This document shows positions 9,258-17,234 of a stretch of 29,023 bases of DNA, piece after piece; position 1 is the first letter of the stretch; every line of letters starts with the position of its first letter. Under the pieces are notes generated by a model. That model did no database searches. It was given only the letters and a program-made list of their open reading frames with translations, and had not been told where the DNA came from. The translations under genes were made by a program, and so were the position numbers. The stretch comes from an uncultured archaeon (lineage in GTDB: Archaea; Iainarchaeota; Iainarchaeia; Iainarchaeales; 1-14-0-10-31-34). The stretch lies in contig CAZSOZ010000008.1 in the NCBI GenBank assembly GCA_964608675.1, positions 1 to 29,023 of the forward strand. Direction: 5' to 3'.

Positions 9258-9294
9258 GCATATTTTTAACTATTTATGGATTTAAGTCTTTAAT

Positions 9295-10386
9295 ATGAAG
9301 TCTTTTGTTATCGGAAGAATTCAAGGAATACAGGTTGAACTGCATTCAACTTTTGTTTTGTTTGTTTTATTTCTGGCTCTGCTTTTAGCAGTATTTGATC
9401 CAATTAATTTAGTGGGAAGCATTACATTAATTGTGTTTTTGTTTACTTCAGTTTTTTTTCATGAATTAAGTCATTCAATGGTTTCAATCAAAAAAGGAAT
9501 TAAAGTAAAAAAAATTATTTTGCTTCCAATAGGAGGAATGGCTTTAACAGACAGTTTTCCTGAAAACCCAAAAGAAGAATTTTTGATTTCAATTGCAGGA
9601 CCAATATTTAATTTTATAGTAGTAATTGTACTGTTACTTCTTGTAATTGCTTTTGATTTCATTCCGTTTCCATGGAATTTCCTAGAAAAAGGAATTGACT
9701 TCAGTTTAATGAATTATCCTGTGTTTGCATTAATGTATGTTAATTTAATGCTGGGAACATTTAATTTGCTGGTTCCAGCGCTTCCTTTGGATGGGGGAAG
9801 AGTATGGAGGTCTCTTTTAGCTATTCCTTTCGGAAAAACAAAAGCAACCAAATTTGTTTCAGTTTTAAGCCAAATAATTGCATTTGTTTTGTTTATTATA
9901 GCAGTATTTGGAGGAGGAATAATTTTGGGGGTGATTGCAGTGTTTATTTATTTTGCATCAAAATATGAAAACGAAATGCAAGAAATGAAAGAAACCTTAA
10001 AAGGAGTCACTCTTAAAACAGTAATAAACAAAAAAATTCCTTTAATGAAAAAAGAAACAGATTTAACTGAATTATTTAAATTAATGGAAAAAGAAAATAC
10101 TCACGCGTTCTTTTTTGAATCAGAAAAAAAAATTAAATACATTGATTTAGAGTTAATGAAACAAGTTAATTCAAAAAAATGGAGTTCAACAAAAACTTCA
10201 GATATTGCAATTGAAGTGCACCCAATTCCGGCTTCATCTAAAGCAGAAAAAGCAATGGAAATTTTTATGACAAAAAACTTTGAAATGATTGCAGTTCAAA
10301 ATAAAGGAAAGATAAGCGGGATAATTGAAAGAAAAGAAATGCAGAAATTATTTGAATTAGCAAAAGCAAAAAAAAGAAAAAAATAA
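9295..10386 (+). CDS. Site-2 protease (peptidase M50) with a C-terminal CBS-like pair
   Basis: HELSH zinc motif, LLPIGG, ISIAGP and FNLLVPALPLDGGR, then a soluble CBS-like C-terminus. Confidence 0.92.
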   Translation: MKSFVIGRIQGIQVELHSTFVLFVLFLALLLAVFDPINLVGSITLIVFLFTSVFFHELSHSMVSIKKGIKVKKIILLPIGGMALTDSFPENPKEEFLISIAGPIFNFIVVIVLLLLVIAFDFIPFPWNFLEKGIDFSLMNYPVFALMYVNLMLGTFNLLVPALPLDGGRVWRSLLAIPFGKTKATKFVSVLSQIIAFVLFIIAVFGGGIILGVIAVFIYFASKYENEMQEMKETLKGVTLKTVINKKIPLMKKETDLTELFKLMEKENTHAFFFESEKKIKYIDLELMKQVNSKKWSSTKTSDIAIEVHPIPASSKAEKAMEIFMTKNFEMIAVQNKGKISGIIERKEMQKLFELAKAKKRKK

Positions 10387-10401
10387 GGCATTTAATTTAA
10401 A

Positions 10402-10487
10402 GCTGGGGTGGCAGAGCGGTTAAATGCACCGGCCTCGAGAGCCGGAGCCTGAAAAAAGGCACGGGAGTTCAAATCTCTCCCCCAGCG
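10402..10487 (+). tRNA. tRNA-Ser(CGA)
   Basis: Acceptor stem GCTGGGG/CCCCAGC with discriminator G. Anticodon arm CCGGC-CT CGA GA-GCCGG, long variable arm, T arm GGGAG-TTCAAAT-CTCTC. CCA is not encoded. Confidence 0.95.
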
Positions 10488-10573
10488 TTGCCGGTTGCGT
10501 CCGGCTGTAATGTGTTATCTAAAGACAGCAATATAAGAAAACTCAATTAAATATTATTCCCCAATAATAAGTT

Positions 10574-12022
10574 ATGCAACAAAAAAAAACAATTAAATTT
10601 CTGGTTTTAATTCTTTTAATCGGAGTGCTTTTGAGGTTTGCTCCTGTAATGCTTTTTGAAACCCAAATGAGTTATGATGCTCCATACCATCAAAGAATAG
10701 CAGAAAAAGTGTTTGAAACAAAAAAAATTCCTTTAATGGACGATACTTTAGGAGGAAGAGCAAACATTTATCCGCCTTTATACAGTGTATTTCAAAACAT
10801 AATGCATTATACAACAGGATTTGACTTCTTTTTTCTGGGAATGATACTTCTTCCAATTATTTCAAGTTTAATTATATTAACAGTTTTTGTTTTTGTAAGA
10901 AAGTATTCAGGAGAAAAAAAAGCTTTGCTTGCAGGATTCCTTGCAGCAGTAAGTTCTTCTTTGATTGCATACGCTTACGACAGCCCTGAAAATTTTGTTT
11001 TCTTTTTTCTGCCTGCAATAATTTTTTTGTTTAATGAAAAAAAAGAAAAACTTGGAACAGTAATTTATGCAAGCGGACTATTATGGAATTATTTGATTGT
11101 AATTGCTTCATTTATTCCCTTAATTGTTTTTTTAAGAAAAAAAATTAAAGCAGTTTCTTATACTGTTTTAGGCTTGATTGCAGTCATAATTTATTATTTT
11201 GTTTTTCAGGGAGAAAGCGTTTTCTATAATCAGGATATTAATCTTGCAATGGATTTTGTTTCATTAAGTTTTAAGCCTGCTTTTTTTGCTTCAGTTTTTC
11301 TTTCATACATTTTAATTATTCCCTTAATTTATTTTATTTGGAAAAAAGGCATTCCAAAAAAAGTAAATTACTGGAAATATTTTGTTTTTTTTAGTTTGAT
11401 TGCATTAACAACAGTTTTTTTGACTCCTTTTTTAAGAGTGTGGGAACAAATAAAATTTTTGTCTTTGAGTTCAATAATAGTTTTAGGAAGCATTAAATTG
11501 TTTGACAAAAAAGTAAAAATTTATGCAGGAATTTATGCAATAGTATTGTTTTCTTCTGCATTAATTATGAGTATGCAGGGATTTTATCCAAGCACAATGA
11601 AAGAAGACTTTCATTCCATGAAATTTTTAGAAGAATTCACTGAAGAAGGCTCAATTTTAGCTGAACCAAGTTTTTCAGAACACATGAGAAATTCAACTGA
11701 ATTAAATAACAGAATTTTGACTTCGCTTTATTTTGAAAACGCAGGAAAAAACTCTTTTTTAAAAGAAAGCCTTCATTACCTGACTTTCCAAAAAACAGAA
11801 AACGAAAAAAAATTTTTTAAAGAAAGCCGACTAAAGTTCATTGTATTTAATTTTGAAGACACTGCAACAAGAGAAACAAAACAAATAGAAGAAAAACAAA
11901 TATTTAACAAAATTTATTCAATAAAATATTACAAAGAATGTTTTATTCCAGTAAAAGAATTAGGGTTTGCATGCGGATGGAATGAAACAAAAATTTTAAT
12001 GCATAACGAATTTGAGAAATAA
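10574..12022 (+). CDS. GT-C fold (STT3/PMT/ArnT-like) membrane glycosyltransferase, putative
   Basis: First TM ending LLRF, then YDAPYH and IYPPLY loop motifs, about 10 or more TM segments and a soluble C-terminal domain. Confidence 0.65.
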   Translation: MQQKKTIKFLVLILLIGVLLRFAPVMLFETQMSYDAPYHQRIAEKVFETKKIPLMDDTLGGRANIYPPLYSVFQNIMHYTTGFDFFFLGMILLPIISSLIILTVFVFVRKYSGEKKALLAGFLAAVSSSLIAYAYDSPENFVFFFLPAIIFLFNEKKEKLGTVIYASGLLWNYLIVIASFIPLIVFLRKKIKAVSYTVLGLIAVIIYYFVFQGESVFYNQDINLAMDFVSLSFKPAFFASVFLSYILIIPLIYFIWKKGIPKKVNYWKYFVFFSLIALTTVFLTPFLRVWEQIKFLSLSSIIVLGSIKLFDKKVKIYAGIYAIVLFSSALIMSMQGFYPSTMKEDFHSMKFLEEFTEEGSILAEPSFSEHMRNSTELNNRILTSLYFENAGKNSFLKESLHYLTFQKTENEKKFFKESRLKFIVFNFEDTATRETKQIEEKQIFNKIYSIKYYKECFIPVKELGFACGWNETKILMHNEFEK

Positions 12023-12038
12023 AAAAAGGAGTGAAAAA

Positions 12039-12530
12039 ATGAATGAAGTAAAACTTTTTTCTTTAAAAATAGAAAACCCTGAAATAAATGAAATAATTAT
12101 AGGACAGGGAAATTTTACAGTAAAAACAATAGAAGATTTGTTTAATAAAGCTGTTTCTAGTGTTCCAGGAATAGAATTTGGAATTGCAATGAATGAAGCA
12201 AAACCACAGCTTGTAAGAAAAAAAGGAAATTCAAAAGAATTAGAAGAAAAAGCAGGAGAACTGGCTTTAAAGATTGGAGCAGGACACGTTTTTATAATAT
12301 TGTTTAAGAAAGCTTTTCCAATCCATATATTAAATGAAATTAAAACGCTTCCAACTGTTGCAAACATTTTTTGTGCAACCAGCAATACACTGGAATTAAT
12401 TATTGCAGAAACAGAGTTAGGGAAATCTGTTTTAGGAGCAGTTGACGGAAAAAGCATGAAATCAATTGAAAATTCTGAACAAAAAAAAGAAAGAATTGAA
12501 TTGCTAAAAAAACTTGGATTCAAAAACTAA
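12039..12530 (+). CDS. Adenosine-specific kinase family protein
   Basis: IIIGQGNFTVKTIEDL, FGIAMNEA, IGAGHVF, IFCATSN, LGAVDG. GGAGTGA RBS before the ATG at 12039. Confidence 0.85.
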   Translation: MNEVKLFSLKIENPEINEIIIGQGNFTVKTIEDLFNKAVSSVPGIEFGIAMNEAKPQLVRKKGNSKELEEKAGELALKIGAGHVFIILFKKAFPIHILNEIKTLPTVANIFCATSNTLELIIAETELGKSVLGAVDGKSMKSIENSEQKKERIELLKKLGFKN

Positions 12531-12590
12531 AAATTGCAAAAAAAAATCCGAAAAATTATTCGAGTAAAACTTTTTGGAAAAAAAACTTCT

Positions 12591-12732
12591 GCGCCTATGA
12601 TCTAATGGCATGATTCAAGCTTCCCAAGCAAACTTTTTAGAAAAAAAATTTTGATTAAAAAAACAACTTTTCAAAAAGTTATATCAAAAAAGGAATAAGC
12701 TTGGTGCGCGGGTTCGATTCCCGCTAGGCGCA
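12591..12732 (+). tRNA. tRNA-Gly(CCC) with a 71-nt intron at the canonical 37/38 position (intron 12627-12697)
   Basis: Acceptor stem GCGCCTA/TAGGCGC-A. Anticodon arm CAAGC-TT CCC A|intron|A-GCTTG. T arm GCGGG-TTCGATT-CCCGC. Intron GGAA (12692-12695) pairs with exon TTCC, leaving a TA|A bulge. Confidence 0.9.
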
Positions 12733-12742
12733 ATCAATTTTT

Positions 12743-13555
12743 TTAACCCATATTTTTTTTGAGTTTTTCTATTTGTTTTGAGGGAGCAGAAACAAAAAAA
12801 GTGCCGGAAAAAATTTTTATTTGAACAGAAGAAAAATAAATTCTGATTCCCGGCTGTTTTAATTTAAGAGAAAAAAAAAGAAAGTCATCAAAAAATTCTG
12901 CTTTAAGAGAAAAATTTGGTTTCTTTGATTTAATTAAAAATTTTTCTGCAATTTTGTCAAAAACTTGTTCAGGGCATTCAATAAAAAATTCAGTTAAATC
13001 AAATGAATCAAAAAAAGAAGAAAGTTTTTTAACTGAATTCTTTTCTTTAAAAAAAGAAACTGAATCATTAAAATTTAATTTTTTTAAGGAATCAACCTGC
13101 TTTGAAAGAATTTTTGAAAGATAAGTTAAATGCTTTATTTTTTCGTTTGCAAGAAAGTTAAGTTTGTTTAAATCAGAAACCAGAAAAGTTGCAGACGTTC
13201 TTGCATCACGCAGTAAATCAGAATCATTTTTTGAGCGTTCAATTACTGTTTGCAGTTGTTCTACGACTGAATCCAATTCATTTATTTTAGGAGAAGAAAG
13301 AGAATTATTTAATTTCATTAACAGCTTGTTTTTCATTTCAAAAGAAATAGTTGAATTCCCTTTATCTGTAATAAAATAAGTGTTGTTCTTTTTTTTGAGA
13401 AACCCCAAAGAAACAGCATTCTTTAAGGTTCTGGACAAAGAAGCTTGGGCAGAATTAGTTGAACCAAAATCAGAAGAAATTTTTCCCAGCAAAGAATTAT
13501 AGCTTATGCCCGGCGACTGCTTAACCATTAACAAAATAGCATTTCTTGCAGTCAT
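12743..13555 (-). CDS. Hypothetical protein with an N-terminal winged HTH
   Basis: ILLMVKQSPGISYNSLL...SLSRTLKNAVSLGFLKKKNNTYFITDKG wHTH pattern. ATG at 13555 preferred. Confidence 0.7.
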   Translation of the reverse strand: MTARNAILLMVKQSPGISYNSLLGKISSDFGSTNSAQASLSRTLKNAVSLGFLKKKNNTYFITDKGNSTISFEMKNKLLMKLNNSLSSPKINELDSVVEQLQTVIERSKNDSDLLRDARTSATFLVSDLNKLNFLANEKIKHLTYLSKILSKQVDSLKKLNFNDSVSFFKEKNSVKKLSSFFDSFDLTEFFIECPEQVFDKIAEKFLIKSKKPNFSLKAEFFDDFLFFSLKLKQPGIRIYFSSVQIKIFSGTFFVSAPSKQIEKLKKNMG

Positions 13556-13655
13556 GTTAATTAAAAGGTTTTTGAAAAATAAAAAGGTTTTGGAAAAAAA
13601 AGACAAAAAAAAACTTAACAAAAGAAATAAAAACAGTGGATTCCTTTATATTAAA

Positions 13656-14435
13656 ATGATTAAAAGCCTGACTGACTCAGTTTTGCTTCTGATAAAGAAA
13701 CCTGCAATCCTAACTGCTGGAATTTTTTTTATTTTAATTGATTTTATATTCAGGTATTTTACTGAAGAACAGGCATTTGAAGCATTATTCAAGTTTTTGA
13801 ATATTTCCACTTACCCTATATTTGAACTGCAAAGAATGCCTTTCCAGTTAATTTCAAGTTTTTCCGGAGAACTGCTTTTTTTAGGATTGTTTTTAACTGC
13901 AAGCTCTGTGATTTCAGCCATGTTTTCTGTTTCAACAGCAAATTATATTTTTGAAAAAAAATCAATTATTGATTCAATTGTTTTTTCATTCAAAAATTTA
14001 ATGACAATAATTTTGTTTGTTTTGTTTTTCGGATTAATTGTTGTTTTTTCAGGAATAATTTTGTGGATTGTTTTTTTGTTTGCTTTGGCTTCAGGATTAA
14101 TCGGAGCAATAATTCTTGTATTAATTACAGTATTAATGGGATTCATTTTTTTGCATTTTGTTTTTGTTCCTGCATTGCTGGGAAAAGGAATGAAAATAAA
14201 AAAAGCATTTCAGGAAAGCTGGAATATTACAGAAAAAAATTTTATTTCAGTTCTGCTTTTACTGGTTGCATTAGGGCTGGCCGGAATTGTCTTTGAACAA
14301 ATTTATTTAATAATACTTACTTCAATTTTAGGAAAAAATTCTTCAGTGATTTTAATTGAAATGCTCTTAAGCCTGATTTTAGCGGCTTATGCTAATATAT
14401 TGTTTCCCTTATTCTATTTGAATAAAACCAAGTGA
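13656..14435 (+). CDS. Hypothetical multi-pass membrane protein
   Basis: About 6 TM segments and an AFQESWNIT motif. The ATG at 13656 avoids overlap with the divergent gene. Stop lies 4 nt before smc. Confidence 0.75.
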   Translation: MIKSLTDSVLLLIKKPAILTAGIFFILIDFIFRYFTEEQAFEALFKFLNISTYPIFELQRMPFQLISSFSGELLFLGLFLTASSVISAMFSVSTANYIFEKKSIIDSIVFSFKNLMTIILFVLFFGLIVVFSGIILWIVFLFALASGLIGAIILVLITVLMGFIFLHFVFVPALLGKGMKIKKAFQESWNITEKNFISVLLLLVALGLAGIVFEQIYLIILTSILGKNSSVILIEMLLSLILAAYANILFPLFYLNKTK

Positions 14436-14439
14436 TTAA

Positions 14440-17229
14440 ATGTCAACAGTAAGAATAGGCAAATTAAGGTTAAAGAATTTTAAGTCATTCAAAAAAGCAA
14501 TTATTCCATTCAGCAAAGGATTCACAGCAATAGCAGGAAGCAACGGAAGCGGAAAAAGCAATATTCTTGATGCAATAATGTTTGTTTTAGGAATGACTTC
14601 ATTAAAAATGATGAGAGCATCAAAATTAGTTGACTTAGTGAACAGAGAAGCAAAAGAAGATTACGGTTTAGTTGAAATGGAATTAAATCAGCCCGACAAA
14701 AAATATACTATTTCAAGAACAATAGACAAACAAGGAAAATCAGTTTACAGAATTGACTCAAAAAGGTCAACATTAAATGAACTGGTTTCGTTGCTTGCAG
14801 AATTAGGGGTAAGCGCAACAGGATACAACATTGTAGTGCAGGGAGACGTAACAAAAATAATTGAAATGAATCCAAGCCAAAGAAGAGAAATAATAGACGA
14901 TTTAGCGGGCTTAAGCGAATTTGATGAAAAAAAACAAGAATCATTAAAAGAACTAGAAAAAGTAAACACAAAAATAAAAGAAATAAATATCGTCTTAAAA
15001 GAAAGAGAAACATATTTAGAAGAACTTGAAAGAGAAAAAAAATCTGCAGTAGAATACAAAGAATTAACTCAAGAACACAAAAAAGTAAAAGCAACAATAC
15101 TTAAAAAAGAAATAAAAAAAATAGAAAAAGGAATGAAAGAAAACAAGGAAAAAATAGAAAAAATAAAAAACAAAATTGAATCAACAGAAGAAAAAAGCAG
15201 AGAAATAGAAAAAGAAGAAAAAGAATTAACAGAAAAAATAGAAGAAATAAACAACAAAATAATTAATGCAAAAGAAAAAACTTATTCCGGCGTAGGAATG
15301 GAAATAGAAGAAACAAAATCTGAAAAAAGAATAACTGAAGAAAGAATTAGTTCAAAAAAAGAAAACATTAACAGATTAAAAAACCGAATCTACGGAATAA
15401 TGCAGAAACAACAAAAAGAAAAAGAAAAAAATGAAAACCTGAAAAAAGAACTTGAAGAAACAAAAGAAAAAATAGAAAACCTGAAAATAGAATTAAAAGA
15501 AAAAGAAGAACAAGCAGAAAAAGAAAAGAAAAGAAAAAAAGAAATAAAAGAAAAAATAGAGGAAACAGAAAAAGAACTAGAAGAAAAAACCAGCAGACTG
15601 GAAACAGAAAAAGAAAAATTTTTCAGTAAAAAAAGCGAAGCAGAAAAACTTGAAAAAGAAATAAAAATGCATTCTTCTTTCCTTAAAGAAATACAAGAAG
15701 ATTTAAACAACCAAAAACTAAAAGAAAAATCAAGCGCATTAAAAGAAGCAGGAAAAAGACTCAAAGAACTGGAAAAAGAATTTGAAGAAAAAGAAAAAAA
15801 CGAAAAAATAAAAACAGAAATACAAAAATTAAAGGAAATAAAAGAAAAACTTGAAAAAGAAATAAAAGAAATCTTAATTACTTTAGATGAATTAGGAGGC
15901 ACAGAAAGAGAAGAAAGAATAAAAACAGAAAAACATAAAGCAGAAAACCTTTTTGAGGAAACAGAAACAGAAAAAAACAAAATCAAAGAATTACTTGAAA
16001 AAATCAAAACAGAAAAAGAAAAAACAAAAATACAGCTGAAGGAATTCAAAGAAGAAATAAAAATTGAAAACAGTTTAATTGAAGAAACAAACAATAAAAA
16101 AATTGAATTAAAAGAAATGGAATTAAGAAAGGATTCAATTAAAGAAAAGCTTTCAGGAATGGAAGAAAACAAAACTGATTCAGGAAAAGAAATAACTGAA
16201 ACCGAAGAAGAAATACATAAAACAGAAAAAAGCATTAAAGAAGAAGAAGAAAAAATAAAGGAAACAGAAAAAAAAATAAAGAATCTGACAATTGAATTAG
16301 AAAAGCAAAATAAAGAAAGCCACAGGTTTTACGAAGAAAAAGACAAAATAAACAAAAAAATAAATGAAACAAGAGAACAAAAAATAAAAAATCAATGGCT
16401 TCTTTCAAAGCTTTCAAAAGAAGAAAACGAAATAAGAATAGATAATTCAAAAAATGAAGTAAGAACTGCAGACTTAAACGAGGAACTGGATTCATTTCAA
16501 GGAATTGAATCAGTTGAAGGAAAAGAATTAGGTGAATTAAAAGAAAGACATGCGCGAATAGAAAAAAGAATAAATGAATTAGGTGCAGTAAACATGAAAG
16601 CAATTGATTCATTTGAAGGGCAGACAAAAGAATTAATTGAAATAAAAGAAAAAGCCCAAAAACTGGATGAAGAAAGAATTGCAGTTTTAGATATGATTGA
16701 AAAAATTGAAATCAAAAGAGCCACTGCATTCATGGACTGCTATAATCAAGTAAATGAAAACTTCAAAAAAACTTATTATTCTTTAGGAGAAAAAGAAGGA
16801 ATTCTTAAATTAACTGACGAAACAGACATAGAGAATTCAGGGCTATTAATTGAAGCAAAATATGATAAAGAAAAAATGATTAATATTGATTCAATGAGCG
16901 GAGGAGAAAAAACTTTAACTGCATTAGCTTTCCTTTTTTCAATTCAAATGTACAAGCCTGCTCCTTTTTATGTTTTTGATGAAGCAGATGCAGCATTAGA
17001 TAAAGCTAATTCACTGAAATTAAGCAGAATGATTGCAGAAGTCTGCAAAAAAAGCCAGTTTATTGCAATAACACACAATGATTCATTAATAAAAGAATCA
17101 AACCAAATAATTGGAGTTACATTAAACGAACAAAACAGTTCTGTAATAGGATTAAAATTAAAAGAAAAAATGGAAAAAAACACAGAAAAACAGGAAAATA
17201 AAAGTCCTTCGGTTCAATCAGTAAGCTGA
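14440..17229 (+). CDS. smc: SMC-family chromosome segregation ATPase, short form with no recognisable hinge
   Basis: NFKSF, Walker A GSNGSGKSNILDA, Q-loop VVQGDV, LGAVNMKAI, signature MSGGEK, Walker B/D-loop FYVFDEADAALD and ITHN. The middle is continuous coiled coil. Confidence 0.88.
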   Translation: MSTVRIGKLRLKNFKSFKKAIIPFSKGFTAIAGSNGSGKSNILDAIMFVLGMTSLKMMRASKLVDLVNREAKEDYGLVEMELNQPDKKYTISRTIDKQGKSVYRIDSKRSTLNELVSLLAELGVSATGYNIVVQGDVTKIIEMNPSQRREIIDDLAGLSEFDEKKQESLKELEKVNTKIKEINIVLKERETYLEELEREKKSAVEYKELTQEHKKVKATILKKEIKKIEKGMKENKEKIEKIKNKIESTEEKSREIEKEEKELTEKIEEINNKIINAKEKTYSGVGMEIEETKSEKRITEERISSKKENINRLKNRIYGIMQKQQKEKEKNENLKKELEETKEKIENLKIELKEKEEQAEKEKKRKKEIKEKIEETEKELEEKTSRLETEKEKFFSKKSEAEKLEKEIKMHSSFLKEIQEDLNNQKLKEKSSALKEAGKRLKELEKEFEEKEKNEKIKTEIQKLKEIKEKLEKEIKEILITLDELGGTEREERIKTEKHKAENLFEETETEKNKIKELLEKIKTEKEKTKIQLKEFKEEIKIENSLIEETNNKKIELKEMELRKDSIKEKLSGMEENKTDSGKEITETEEEIHKTEKSIKEEEEKIKETEKKIKNLTIELEKQNKESHRFYEEKDKINKKINETREQKIKNQWLLSKLSKEENEIRIDNSKNEVRTADLNEELDSFQGIESVEGKELGELKERHARIEKRINELGAVNMKAIDSFEGQTKELIEIKEKAQKLDEERIAVLDMIEKIEIKRATAFMDCYNQVNENFKKTYYSLGEKEGILKLTDETDIENSGLLIEAKYDKEKMINIDSMSGGEKTLTALAFLFSIQMYKPAPFYVFDEADAALDKANSLKLSRMIAEVCKKSQFIAITHNDSLIKESNQIIGVTLNEQNSSVIGLKLKEKMEKNTEKQENKSPSVQSVS

Positions 17230-17234
17230 ATTAC

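Noticed and set aside
10402-12732. Integrated element bounded by the two tRNA genes
   Set aside because: No integrase and no duplicated tRNA 3' end (att site) were seen.
13506-13655. Apparent head-to-head overlap of the wHTH and membrane ORFs (similarly 19627-19637)
   Set aside because: This is an artefact of longest-ORF calling; downstream ATGs (13555/13656 and 19574/19645) give normal divergent intergenic regions.
14440-17229. Rad50/SbcC, Wadjet JetC or another defence SMC
   Set aside because: There is no CxxC hook and no adjacent mre11 or jet genes. The head motifs (DEADAALD, GAVNMKAI) are condensin Smc-type.
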